A DNA stretch of 64,000 nt, taken from contig JAFTMJ010000075.1 in the NCBI GenBank assembly GCA_017452475.1, forward strand, positions 2,962-66,961. Direction: 5' to 3'. Below the pieces are notes generated by a model. It did not search any database and was not told where the DNA came from. It was given only the letters and a program-made list of their open reading frames with translations. The DNA comes from Clostridia bacterium (GTDB lineage Bacteria > Bacillota > Clostridia > Oscillospirales > CAG-272). The translations under genes were made by a program, and so were the position numbers. Positions within the stretch are counted from its first letter, which is position 1, and the number at the start of each line of letters is the position of its first letter. Shown piece by piece: positions 45,256 through 55,334 of this stretch.

Positions 45256-46665
45256 ATGGGAGTTTTTGGAATAATCGGAAACGAGAGGACAAATGTTGCT
45301 TCAAGCGTATACTACGGCTTATATGCCCTTCAGCACAGAGGTCAGGAAAGCTGCGGTATTTCTGTAAATGATGACGGCGTTTTCCACACACATAAGGATT
45401 CAGGCTTAGTAAACGATGTGTTCACGGGTCAAGTGCTAAGCTCACTCGGTCAAGGCACAATGGCTATTGGACATGTGCGTTACGGCACACTTGGCACAAA
45501 GGCAAGGGTTAATGCAGAGCCACTTGTTGTTAACCACACAAAGGGTCATTTGGCAATTGCAACAAACGGCAGGCTTACTAACGGCTCTGTGCTTAAGCAA
45601 GATCTTGAGCTTAAGGGTATGATTTTCCACACGTCAAGCGATGCTGAAATCGTGTCCTATATGGTTATACAGGAAAGAATTAAGTCAGCATCAATTGAGG
45701 AGGCGGTTAGTCGAGCAATGGACAAGCTTAAGGGTGGCTACTGCTTGCTTATGATGTCACCGAAGAAGATAATCGCGGCGCGTGATGAAATGGGTATGCA
45801 TCCCCTTTGCTACGGCAAGCGTGAAAACGGCGAATATGTAATCGCCAGTGAAACCTGTGCCCTTGACTCTGTTGGCGCGACCTTCATTCGTGAGCTTGAG
45901 CCGGGTGAAATCCTTGTTTTCTCCAAGGACGGCATTAAGTCAATAAAGGATCACTGCGGTAAGGCAAAGGAAGCGCTTTGCGTCTTTGAATATGTTTACA
46001 CAGCACGTCCCGACTCTCATATTGCAGGCTGCTCGGTTCACAAGGCAAGAAGAAAGGCAGGAGAATATTTAGCTTCTGTTAAGCCTGTGGAGGCAGATGT
46101 AGTTATTGGAGTTCCCGACTCGGGTCTTGATGCGGCAATCGGCTATGCCCAAGCATCGGGTATTCCATACGGAATTGGTCTTATTAAAAATAAGTACATA
46201 GGCAGAACATTCATTGCTCCCGGTCAAGATGTCCGTGAAGATAAGGTTAAGATAAAGCTTAATCCTGTAAGTGATACGGTTGCAGGCAAGAGGGTTGTGC
46301 TTGTTGATGACTCAATTGTTCGCGGTACAACCTGCGCAAGAATTGTTAAGCTTTTGCGTCACGCAGGCGCAAAGGAAGTGCATTTGAGGTCATCAGCCCC
46401 TGCATTCTTAAACCCCTGCTACTATGGAACTGATGTTGATTCCAAGGAGAATTTGATTGCTTGCATACATACCGAGGAGGAAATTGCTAAAATCGTTGGC
46501 GTTGATTCCTTGGCATACTTAAATCTTGAGGATGTTACCAAAATAGGTGCAAGCGGCACCTGCAGCGGCTTCTGCACCGCTTGCTTTGACGGCAAATATC
46601 CTACCGAAACCCCTGTTATGATAAGAAATAAATATGAAAATAAATTATCGGAAAGTGAGAACTAA
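45256..46665 (+). CDS. purF: Amidophosphoribosyltransferase (4Fe-4S type) that lacks the N-terminal Cys
   Basis: Starts MGVFGIIG...LQHRGQESCGI. PRTase motif VVLVDDSIVRGTT and Fe-S cysteines (CVFEY, NPCYYG, CTACFDGKYP). An in-frame TAA lies directly upstream of the ATG. Confidence 0.9.
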   Translation: MGVFGIIGNERTNVASSVYYGLYALQHRGQESCGISVNDDGVFHTHKDSGLVNDVFTGQVLSSLGQGTMAIGHVRYGTLGTKARVNAEPLVVNHTKGHLAIATNGRLTNGSVLKQDLELKGMIFHTSSDAEIVSYMVIQERIKSASIEEAVSRAMDKLKGGYCLLMMSPKKIIAARDEMGMHPLCYGKRENGEYVIASETCALDSVGATFIRELEPGEILVFSKDGIKSIKDHCGKAKEALCVFEYVYTARPDSHIAGCSVHKARRKAGEYLASVKPVEADVVIGVPDSGLDAAIGYAQASGIPYGIGLIKNKYIGRTFIAPGQDVREDKVKIKLNPVSDTVAGKRVVLVDDSIVRGTTCARIVKLLRHAGAKEVHLRSSAPAFLNPCYYGTDVDSKENLIACIHTEEEIAKIVGVDSLAYLNLEDVTKIGASGTCSGFCTACFDGKYPTETPVMIRNKYENKLSESEN

Positions 46666-46668
46666 GAG

Positions 46669-47715
46669 ATGAAGAATTCAAGATCTGAAAGCTATGCAGC
46701 AGCGGGCGTTGACATTACAGCAGGCTATAAGGCTGTTGAGCTTATGAAAAAGCACATTGCCCGTACTAAGAACGAGGGCTGTGTTGATGATGTAGGCGGC
46801 TTTGGCGGTTGCTTCGGCTTGCCAATTGCAGGTATGGAGGAGCCTGTGCTTGTTTCCGGTACTGACGGATGCGGTACAAAGGTTAAAATGGCTATCCTTA
46901 TGGATAAGCACGATACAATCGGTATTGATGCAGTTGCAATGTGTGTAAATGACATTATTTGCTGCGGTGCGAAGCCACTTTTCTTCCTTGACTATATCGC
47001 TTGCGGTAAAAACATTCCCGAAAAGATTGCTGACATTATTGGCGGTGTTGCTGAGGGCTGCGTGCAGTCAGGCGCTGCGCTTATCGGTGGTGAAACTGCT
47101 GAGCATCCCGGTATGATGCCGGTTGAGGAATATGACTTGGCTGGATTTGCTGTTGGTATTGTTGATAAGAAGAAGATTCTTGACAATACAAGAATGGCTG
47201 AGGGCGATGTTGTTATTGCTTTGGCTTCAAGCGGCGTTCACTCCAACGGCTTCTCACTTTGCCGTAAGGTATTTGATATTGATAATAATCCAAATAGCCT
47301 CTATGTTGCAAACGAGGCTTTGGGTGGAAAGAGCATAGCGGAAACACTTTTGACACCAACTAAGATTTATGTAAAGAGTGTTTTGGCGCTTCTTGAAAAG
47401 GTTGATGTTAAGGGTATTTCCCATATCACAGGCGGCGGCTTCTACGAGAATATTCCACGTTCTATTCCAAAAGGACTTACCGCTAAGGTTAATAAGAGCG
47501 CTGTTAAGGTGCTTCCAATCTTTGAACTTATCCAAAAGACAGGTAACATCCCTGAAAGAGATATGTACAATACCTACAATATGGGTGTTGGTATGAGCAT
47601 TGTTGTTCCTGCTGACCAGGTTGACACAGCACTTGAGGTTCTTCGCGCAAACGGCGAGGAGGCTTACGTTATCGGTGAAATCATCAAGGGCGACGAGGGA
47701 GTTATCCTATGCTAA
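46669..47715 (+). CDS. purM: Phosphoribosylformylglycinamidine cyclo-ligase (AIR synthetase)
   Basis: SYAAAGVDI...GTDGCGTK...GGETAE motifs. Confidence 0.95.
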   Translation: MKNSRSESYAAAGVDITAGYKAVELMKKHIARTKNEGCVDDVGGFGGCFGLPIAGMEEPVLVSGTDGCGTKVKMAILMDKHDTIGIDAVAMCVNDIICCGAKPLFFLDYIACGKNIPEKIADIIGGVAEGCVQSGAALIGGETAEHPGMMPVEEYDLAGFAVGIVDKKKILDNTRMAEGDVVIALASSGVHSNGFSLCRKVFDIDNNPNSLYVANEALGGKSIAETLLTPTKIYVKSVLALLEKVDVKGISHITGGGFYENIPRSIPKGLTAKVNKSAVKVLPIFELIQKTGNIPERDMYNTYNMGVGMSIVVPADQVDTALEVLRANGEEAYVIGEIIKGDEGVILC

Positions 47716-48317
47716 AGGCTAATATTGCTGTACTTGTGTCAGGTGGTGGCACTAATTTACAGGCGCTTATAGATGCTGAAAAAAGCGGCATTATTCAAAG
47801 CGGCTCAATTAAGCTTGTTGTTGCTAACAACGCGAAGGCTTATGCCTTGGAAAGAGCAAAAAACGCAGGCATTGATACTGCCACTGTGCTAAAGAGTCAG
47901 CTTGGCTCTCAAGAGGCTTTTGAAAAGGAGCTTATCCGTGTGCTTGATGAGGCAAACACGGATTTAATCGTGCTTGCAGGCTTTATGAGCATTTTGAGCG
48001 CAGATTTTACCAACCACTTTAAGGACAGAATAATAAATGTGCATCCTTCCTTAATTCCCTCCTTCTGCGGCAAGGGCTTTTATGGTCTTAGAGTTCACGA
48101 GGCAGCGCTTGAATACGGCGTTAAGGTTAGCGGTGCAACGGTTCATTTTGTTAATGAAATTCCCGACGGTGGAAAAATTATTATGCAAAAGGCTGTTGAA
48201 ATAGAGGATGGCGACACCCCCGAGGAGCTTCAAAGGAGAATAATGGAACAGGCGGAGTGGAAAATACTTCCCCTTTCCTGTGAAAAGATTTGTTCCCAAA
48301 TCATTAAGGAGAAATAA
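47709..48317 (+). CDS. purN: Phosphoribosylglycinamide formyltransferase
   Basis: IAVLVSGGGTNLQALID...NVHPSLIP...GATVHFV. Confidence 0.9.
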   Translation: MLKANIAVLVSGGGTNLQALIDAEKSGIIQSGSIKLVVANNAKAYALERAKNAGIDTATVLKSQLGSQEAFEKELIRVLDEANTDLIVLAGFMSILSADFTNHFKDRIINVHPSLIPSFCGKGFYGLRVHEAALEYGVKVSGATVHFVNEIPDGGKIIMQKAVEIEDGDTPEELQRRIMEQAEWKILPLSCEKICSQIIKEK

Positions 48318-48319
48318 AA

Positions 48320-49039
48320 ATGAATATTTACGAAATCAACGAATTAAAGAACTTGCTTTCTACAAATACATATCCGGGCAGAGGAATTGTTATCGGTAAG
48401 ACCGAGGACGGAAAGAACGCAGCTATTGCATATTTCATTATGGGTAGAAGCGAAAACAGCCGTAACAGGGTATTCAAGGAGGTTGACGGTGACATTTTTA
48501 CCGAGCCCTTTGACTACTCAAAGGTTGAGGACCCATCCCTTATTATCTATGCCGCAATCAGAAGCTATGAAAATAAGCTTGTTGTGACAAACGGCGACCA
48601 AACAGATACAATTTATAATTTCTTAAAGGATGGCAAGTGCTTCAAAAAAGCACTTAAGACAAGAGAGTTTGAGCCTGATGCTCCAAACTTCACCCCTCGT
48701 ATCAGCGGTATTTTGAAGTTTGATAACAATGACTTTACATATCAAATGAGCATTCTTAAGAGCGCTGATGAAAAGGGCAGTGCCTGCAACAGATACTTTT
48801 ACGAGTACTCACCTATAAATGGTCTTGGACATTTCATCCATACATATGTATGCGATGGCAACCCAATCCCAACCTTCCAGGGCGAGCCTGAAAGAGTTAA
48901 GATTTCCAATGACATTGATGCTTTCACAAGCGAAATTTGGGATAACCTTAACGAGAATAACAAAATCTCCTTGTATGTTCGCTATGTAAATCTTGAAAAC
49001 GGCGAAGTACAAAACAGAATGACTAACAAAAACAAATAA
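48320..49039 (+). CDS. purO: PurO-type (archaeal-like) IMP cyclohydrolase
   Basis: YPGRGIVIGKTEDGKNAAIAYFIMGRSENSRNR pattern. Located immediately upstream of the AICAR formyltransferase gene. Confidence 0.7.
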   Translation: MNIYEINELKNLLSTNTYPGRGIVIGKTEDGKNAAIAYFIMGRSENSRNRVFKEVDGDIFTEPFDYSKVEDPSLIIYAAIRSYENKLVVTNGDQTDTIYNFLKDGKCFKKALKTREFEPDAPNFTPRISGILKFDNNDFTYQMSILKSADEKGSACNRYFYEYSPINGLGHFIHTYVCDGNPIPTFQGEPERVKISNDIDAFTSEIWDNLNENNKISLYVRYVNLENGEVQNRMTNKNK

Positions 49040-49063
49040 TTCGTCTTGGAAAAGGAGCAAAAA

Positions 49064-50248
49064 ATGAAAGAATTTGAACTTAAATACGGCTGTAACCCTA
49101 ACCAAAAGCCTTCAAGAATTTATATGGCAAACGGACAGGAGCTTCCAATTGAAATTCTTTGCGGAAGACCGGGCTACATTAACTTTTTAGATGCATTCAA
49201 CTCTTGGCAGCTTGTTAAGGAGCTTAAGGAGGCAACAGGAATGCCTTGCGCAACATCCTTTAAGCACGTAAGCCCCACATCCGCCACAGTTGGAAAGAAG
49301 CTTTCCGATAAGCTTAAGAAGGCTTGCTTCGTTGATGATATTGAGGGTCTTGACGAGAGCCCCCTTGCTTGCGCATATGCAAGGGCAAGAGGAACTGACA
49401 GGATGTCCTCCTTTGGTGACTGGATCGCACTCTCCGATGTTTGTGATGTTACAACTGCAACACTTATTAAGAGAGAAATCTCCGACGGTGTTATAGCTCC
49501 CGGCTATACAGATGAGGCTCTTGAAATCCTAAAGTCAAAGAGAAAGGGTAACTACAACATTGTTAAGATTGATCCTAACTACATTCCCGAGGTTCAGGAG
49601 ACAAAGCAGGTGTTCGGCATTACCTTTGAGCAGGGCAGAAACAACTTTAAGATTGACAGAGAATTGCTCTCTGACATAGTTACAAAGAACAAGGAATTTA
49701 CCGAGGATGCAATTACCGACCTTATCATTTCCTTGATTACTCTTAAGTACACACAGTCAAATTCCGTATGCTACGCATATGACGGACAGGCTATTGGCGT
49801 TGGTGCAGGTCAGCAGTCAAGAATTCATTGCACACGCTTGGCAGGCACAAAGGCAGACACTTGGCATCTCCGTCAGCACGAAAAGGTTCTTAACCTTCCA
49901 TTCCTGCCAACAATTGCACGTCCCGACAGAGACAATGTAATTGACGGATACATTAACAAGAATGAAGAGGATGTTTGCGCTGACGGCGTATGGCAGAAGT
50001 ACTTTACCTCGCAGCCGGAGCCGTTAACCGCTGAGGAGGCAAGAGCATATCTTGATACAATTACAGGCGTTAGCGTTGGCTCTGATGCGTTCTTCCCGTT
50101 CAGTGACAATATTGAAAGGGCAAGAAAGAGTGGCGTTTCCTTCATTGCTGAGCCCGGTGGATCTATCCGCGATGACCTTGTTATTGAGTGCTGTGATAAG
50201 TACGGCATTGTAATGGCGTTTACAAAAATGAGACTTTTCCATCATTAA
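49064..50248 (+). CDS. purH: AICAR formyltransferase-only PurH (no MGS-like IMP cyclohydrolase domain)
   Basis: ATG at 49064 after AAGGAG. MKEFELKYGCNPNQ... and the C-terminus GSDAFFPF...IAEPGGSIRD match the AICARFT domain only. Confidence 0.8.
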   Translation: MKEFELKYGCNPNQKPSRIYMANGQELPIEILCGRPGYINFLDAFNSWQLVKELKEATGMPCATSFKHVSPTSATVGKKLSDKLKKACFVDDIEGLDESPLACAYARARGTDRMSSFGDWIALSDVCDVTTATLIKREISDGVIAPGYTDEALEILKSKRKGNYNIVKIDPNYIPEVQETKQVFGITFEQGRNNFKIDRELLSDIVTKNKEFTEDAITDLIISLITLKYTQSNSVCYAYDGQAIGVGAGQQSRIHCTRLAGTKADTWHLRQHEKVLNLPFLPTIARPDRDNVIDGYINKNEEDVCADGVWQKYFTSQPEPLTAEEARAYLDTITGVSVGSDAFFPFSDNIERARKSGVSFIAEPGGSIRDDLVIECCDKYGIVMAFTKMRLFHH

Positions 50249-50261
50249 TGAGGTGGTGTAG

Positions 50262-51533
50262 ATGAAGGTTTTAGTTGTAGGTGGCGGCGGAAGAGAGCAC
50301 GCCATTATAAGAAAGCTTAAGGAAAGCAAGGGTGTTACAGAAATTCACGCAACTCCGGGCAACGGCGGTATGTATAAGGATGCTAAGACTGTAAGCATTG
50401 GCGCAAAGGATATCGATGCCATTGTTAAGTATGCGGTTGATAACAAGATTGACTACGCAGTGGTTGCACCTGATGACCCGCTTGTGCTTGGTTGTGTAAA
50501 CGCACTTGAAAATGTAGGTATCCCTGCCTTCGGTCCGCGTGCTGAGGCGGCTATCATTGAGGGTAGTAAGGTTTTTTCCAAGAACTTAATGAAAAAGTAC
50601 GGCATTCCCACTGCGGATTATAATGTTTTTTCAGATGCTAACAAGGCGCTTGAATTTATAAAGACAGCACCTATCCCAACAGTTATTAAGGCTGACGGCT
50701 TGGCGCTTGGCAAGGGCGTTATAATCGCATTTACAAGAGAAGAGGCAATTGATGCAATTAACTCCGTTATGAACGACAAAAAGTTCGGCTCCAGCGGTGA
50801 TAATATAGTTATTGAGGAGTTTTTGGAGGGACCTGAGGTTTCCGTTCTTGCATTCACAGACGGAAAGACAGTGAAGCCAATGGTTTCATCAATGGACCAC
50901 AAGCGCGCGCTTGACGGCGATAAGGGCTTAAACACAGGCGGTATGGGTACAATTGCACCTAATCCCTATTACACCAAGGAAATAGCCGATATTTGTATGG
51001 AAACAATATTCTTACCAACAATTGACGCTATGAACAAGGAGGGCAGAACCTTTAAGGGATGCCTGTACTTTGGTCTTATGCTCACAAAGAACGGACCTAA
51101 GGTAATAGAGTACAACTGTCGCTTTGGCGACCCTGAAACACAGGTCGTTTTGCCACTTCTTGAAAGTGATTTGCTTGAGATAATGCAGGCAACAACAAAC
51201 GGCACGCTTGACAGCTGTGAGGTTAAGTTCTCAAACGACTGTGCTTGCTGTGTAATTATGGCATCCAAGGGTTACCCCGAAAAGTATGAAAACGGCTTTG
51301 AAATGGTGATTCCCGAGGACATCGAAAAAGATGTTTATGTTGCTGGCGCAAGGTATGAAAACGGAAAAATTTATTCCGCAGGCGGCCGCGTGCTTGGCGT
51401 TACCCATGTAAATGAAACCTTGAAGGGCGCAATTGACGGCGCTTATGCAAAGGTTAATAAAATAAAATTTGACAATGCGTTTTATCGCCACGACATAGGT
51501 GCAAGAGCGCTTTTGGCAACGGAGGAGAAATAA
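50262..51533 (+). CDS. purD: Phosphoribosylamine-glycine ligase
   Basis: MKVLVVGGGGREHA...ATP-grasp...EYNCRFGDPE. Confidence 0.95.
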   Translation: MKVLVVGGGGREHAIIRKLKESKGVTEIHATPGNGGMYKDAKTVSIGAKDIDAIVKYAVDNKIDYAVVAPDDPLVLGCVNALENVGIPAFGPRAEAAIIEGSKVFSKNLMKKYGIPTADYNVFSDANKALEFIKTAPIPTVIKADGLALGKGVIIAFTREEAIDAINSVMNDKKFGSSGDNIVIEEFLEGPEVSVLAFTDGKTVKPMVSSMDHKRALDGDKGLNTGGMGTIAPNPYYTKEIADICMETIFLPTIDAMNKEGRTFKGCLYFGLMLTKNGPKVIEYNCRFGDPETQVVLPLLESDLLEIMQATTNGTLDSCEVKFSNDCACCVIMASKGYPEKYENGFEMVIPEDIEKDVYVAGARYENGKIYSAGGRVLGVTHVNETLKGAIDGAYAKVNKIKFDNAFYRHDIGARALLATEEK

Positions 51534-54500
51534 ATGGTATATCGCATTTATGTAGAAAAGAAGGAAGGACTTCAAAACGAGGCAAACGGCTTACTTTCTG
51601 AACTTAAAACCTTCTTAGGAATTGACTGCGTTGAGAATATTAGAATTTTCAACCGTTACGATGCAGAAAATATCACTGAGGAGCTTTTTGACTATGCTGT
51701 AAAGACCGTATTTTCAGAGCCACAGCTTGATAATGCATCAAAGACAATTGATTTAAGCGGCGCAACAGTTTTTGCAACAGAGTTTTTGCCGGGTCAGTTT
51801 GACCAGCGCGCTGACTCTGCCGCACAGTGTATTCAGCTTATTTCTCAGGGTGAGAAGCCTGTAATCCAAAGTGCAAAGGTTTACGCACTTTACGGCAATG
51901 TGACTGATGAGGCGCTTGCAAAGATAAAGAAATATGTTATAAACCCCGTTGAGGCAAGGGAAGCTGAATTAGGCGAGAAAACAACCTTAAAGGCTGAGTA
52001 TGATATCCCGACAGAGGTTGCAACCCTTGATGGCTTTATCGAGCTTGACGAAAAGGGCCTTAACGATTTTGTTAAGTCATACGGTCTTGCAATGGACTTG
52101 GACGACATTAAGTTCTGCCAGGCATACTTCAAAACAGAGAAGAGAAACCCAACTATCACCGAAATCAGAATGATAGATACATACTGGTCTGACCACTGCC
52201 GTCACACCACCTTCTCAACAACTATTGACAGTGTTAAGTTCCACGATGAGGTGCTTGAAAAGACATATAACGAGTATGTTGCAACAAGAAAGGACCTTAA
52301 CAGGACAAAGCCTGTTAACCTTATGGATATTGCAACCTTAGCGGTTAAATATCTTAAGAAGGAGGGCAAGCTTGATAAGCTTGACGAGAGTGAGGAGATT
52401 AACGCCTGCACAGTTAAGATTGATGTAACAGTTAACGGTGTAACTGAGCCTTGGCTCCTTCTTTTCAAGAATGAAACCCATAACCACCCAACAGAAATTG
52501 AGCCATTTGGCGGTGCCGCTACCTGTATTGGTGGCGCAATCCGTGACCCCTTGTCAGGTCGTTCATATGTTTACGGTGCTATGCGTTTAACAGGTGCTGC
52601 TGACCCGTTAAAGCCAATTAATGAAACAATTGAGGGTAAGCTCCCACAGAGAAAGATTGTTACAACTGCTGCAGCAGGCTATTCCTCCTACGGTAACCAA
52701 ATCGGTCTTGCAACAGGTATTGTTGACGAGATTTATCACGATGGCTATGCGGCAAAGCATATGGAGGTTGGCGCAGTAATTGCGGCAGCTCCTGCAAAGA
52801 ATGTAAGGCGTGAGGTTCCTGCCGACGGGGACATAGTTGTTCTTCTTGGCGGACGTACAGGACGTGACGGCTGTGGAGGTGCAACAGGCTCATCCAAATC
52901 TCATACTGTTGAGTCCCTTGAGAACTGCGGTGCAGAGGTACAAAAGGGTAATGCTCCTGAGGAAAGAAAGCTTCAGCGCTTGTTTAGAAATTACGAGGCT
53001 TGCCGTATGATTAAGCGTTGCAATGACTTCGGTGCAGGCGGTGTTTCCGTTGCTATCGGTGAGCTTGCTGACGGTCTTATGATTGACTTAAACGCAGTTC
53101 CTAAGAAGTATGACGGTCTTGACGGCACCGAGCTTGCAATCAGTGAATCTCAGGAGAGAATGGCTGTTGTAATCGAAGCTCACAATGTTGAAAGGTTTAT
53201 GGCTCTTGCAAACAAGGAAAACCTTGAGGCTACCGTTGTTGCTAAGATTACCGCTGAGCCAAGGCTTAGAATGACTTGGAACGGTAAGACCATTTGCGAT
53301 ATTTCAAGAGAGTTTTTAAACTCCAACGGTGCTGAAAAGCATATTGATATTGAATGTAACAAGGTACAGTGCTATAAGAAGGAAGCTCCTATTAGCTTTG
53401 AAAAGGGAATTGTTGATGTAATGAGCGACCTTAATGTTTGCTCAAAGAGGGGCTTGAGCGAGCGCTTTGACTCCACAATCGGCGCAGGCACAGTTCTTAT
53501 GCCCTTTGGCGGTAAGAATCAAAGGACACCTATTCAGTCAATGGTACATAAGATTTCCTGCGAAAAGGGTCATACAGATGATTGCTCACTTATGTCTTGG
53601 GGCTATAACCCATACATTTCCGAAAAGAGCCCATATCACGGTGCTTACTTGGCAGTAATTGAGTCTGTTTCCAAGCTTATCGCAACAGGCGCTAAGTTTG
53701 AGGATGTTTATTTGACCTTCCAGGAGTACTTTGAAAAGCCAACCAAGGACCCAACCCGTTGGGGCAAGCCATTGTCTGCGCTTTTGGGCGCATTTAAGGC
53801 TCAAAAGGAGCTTGGAATTGGCGCTATCGGCGGTAAGGACTCAATGAGTGGCTCATTTGAAAAGCTTGATGTTCCACCAACACTTATTTCCTTTGCCGTA
53901 ACAACAGAAAAGACAAAGGATATCGTTTCACCCGAGTTTAAAAAGGCTGGAACAAAAGTAGTTATGCTTTCGCCTGAATATGATGAAAACAACCTGCCAA
54001 AGACAGACTCCTTGCTTGCAGTATTCAATAAGGTTACCGAAATTGCAAGAAACGGCAAGGCGCTGGCTATCTACACACCAACAATCGGCGGTGTGTGCGA
54101 GGCTGTTGTTAAGATGGCAATGGGTAACGGCTACGGCTTTAAGTTTGATGATAACCTTACAATGGATGATATCTTTGGCTACAATTACGGCTCCTTCATA
54201 ATTGAGCTTGATTGCACCTGCGATATCGGTAAGCTTATTGGTTATACAACTAATGATAACAAGTTTGCTTACAAGGGCGAAGAAATTTGCACCTGCAAGG
54301 TATATGAGGCATATGAAAATAAGCTTGAAAGCGTATATCCGTGCAACATTTCTTACAACGAGGAAAAGCCGCAAACCGTTTCCTATAACTCTGAAAAGAG
54401 ATATGGCGCTAACATTAAGGTAAATAGACCAAAGGTTCTTATCCCTGTATTCCCCGGCACAAACTGTGAGTTTGACTCCGCAAAGGCGGCTGATGACGCA

Positions 54501-55223
54501 GGCGCTGAAAGCGAAATTTACGTTATCAACAACTTGACAGCCGATGGCATTAAGAGGAGCGCTGAGGAGTTCACACAAAAGATAAGGGAAAGCCAAATGA
54601 TCTTTATCCCGGGTGGCTTTAGCGGCGGTGACGAGCCTGACGGTTCAGGTAAGTTCATCACAGCCTTCTTCAGAGGTAACGATGTTAAAGCTGCAGTTAC
54701 CGATTTGCTTGACAACCGCGGCGGACTTATGTGCGGTATCTGTAACGGCTTCCAGGCTCTTGTTAAGCTTGGCTTAGTTCCTTACGGTAAGATTATCGAC
54801 ACAGATGAAAGCTGCCCAACCTTGACCTTTAATAACATTTCAAGGCACCAGTCTAAGATTGTTAGAACAAGAGTAGCATCCAATATGTCCCCTTGGCTCT
54901 ATGAGTGCAATGTTGGTGATATTATCAATGTTCCAATCTCCCACGGCGAGGGTAAGTTCTTGGCTAACGATGAAACAATTAAGCAGCTTATTGCAAACGG
55001 TCAGATTGCAACACAGTATGTTGATGCAAACGGCGAAGCAACCTACGATATCCAATACAATCCAAACGGTTCAACTCTCGCAATTGAGGGTATCACATCA
55101 CCCGACGGACGTGTGTTCGGTAAAATGGGTCACTCCGAGCGTATCGATAACGGTCTTTACAAGAATGTATACGGCGAGTACGACATTAAGATGTTCAAGT
55201 CCGCTGTTAAGTTCTTTAAATAA
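51534..55223 (+). CDS. purL: Single-chain phosphoribosylformylglycinamidine synthase
   Basis: 1229 aa. Synthetase repeats (ETHNHPTEIEPFGGAAT) and a C-terminal glutaminase domain (GICNGFQ...SHGEG). Confidence 0.95.
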   Translation: MVYRIYVEKKEGLQNEANGLLSELKTFLGIDCVENIRIFNRYDAENITEELFDYAVKTVFSEPQLDNASKTIDLSGATVFATEFLPGQFDQRADSAAQCIQLISQGEKPVIQSAKVYALYGNVTDEALAKIKKYVINPVEAREAELGEKTTLKAEYDIPTEVATLDGFIELDEKGLNDFVKSYGLAMDLDDIKFCQAYFKTEKRNPTITEIRMIDTYWSDHCRHTTFSTTIDSVKFHDEVLEKTYNEYVATRKDLNRTKPVNLMDIATLAVKYLKKEGKLDKLDESEEINACTVKIDVTVNGVTEPWLLLFKNETHNHPTEIEPFGGAATCIGGAIRDPLSGRSYVYGAMRLTGAADPLKPINETIEGKLPQRKIVTTAAAGYSSYGNQIGLATGIVDEIYHDGYAAKHMEVGAVIAAAPAKNVRREVPADGDIVVLLGGRTGRDGCGGATGSSKSHTVESLENCGAEVQKGNAPEERKLQRLFRNYEACRMIKRCNDFGAGGVSVAIGELADGLMIDLNAVPKKYDGLDGTELAISESQERMAVVIEAHNVERFMALANKENLEATVVAKITAEPRLRMTWNGKTICDISREFLNSNGAEKHIDIECNKVQCYKKEAPISFEKGIVDVMSDLNVCSKRGLSERFDSTIGAGTVLMPFGGKNQRTPIQSMVHKISCEKGHTDDCSLMSWGYNPYISEKSPYHGAYLAVIESVSKLIATGAKFEDVYLTFQEYFEKPTKDPTRWGKPLSALLGAFKAQKELGIGAIGGKDSMSGSFEKLDVPPTLISFAVTTEKTKDIVSPEFKKAGTKVVMLSPEYDENNLPKTDSLLAVFNKVTEIARNGKALAIYTPTIGGVCEAVVKMAMGNGYGFKFDDNLTMDDIFGYNYGSFIIELDCTCDIGKLIGYTTNDNKFAYKGEEICTCKVYEAYENKLESVYPCNISYNEEKPQTVSYNSEKRYGANIKVNRPKVLIPVFPGTNCEFDSAKAADDAGAESEIYVINNLTADGIKRSAEEFTQKIRESQMIFIPGGFSGGDEPDGSGKFITAFFRGNDVKAAVTDLLDNRGGLMCGICNGFQALVKLGLVPYGKIIDTDESCPTLTFNNISRHQSKIVRTRVASNMSPWLYECNVGDIINVPISHGEGKFLANDETIKQLIANGQIATQYVDANGEATYDIQYNPNGSTLAIEGITSPDGRVFGKMGHSERIDNGLYKNVYGEYDIKMFKSAVKFFK

Positions 55224-55226
55224 TAA

Positions 55227-55257
55227 CAAAAAGCTCTCGTTTTGCGAGAGCTTTTTT
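55227..55257 (+). terminator. Terminator of the pur operon
   Basis: AAAAAGCTCTCG-TTTT-GCGAGAGCTTTTTT. Confidence 0.85.
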
Positions 55258-55334
55258 GTTATGATATGAGCAATTGACTTTATTTTATCTCTATGCTATA
55301 ATTATGATATAAAATATTTTGAAGGAGCAAATAT

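Noticed and set aside
53928-54596. A 222-aa antisense ORF inside purL, and similar antisense ORFs inside hydA/hydB, adhE, metH and the GH2 gene
   Set aside because: The sense strands encode unmistakable conserved enzymes. The antisense products are low-complexity and lack SD sequences.
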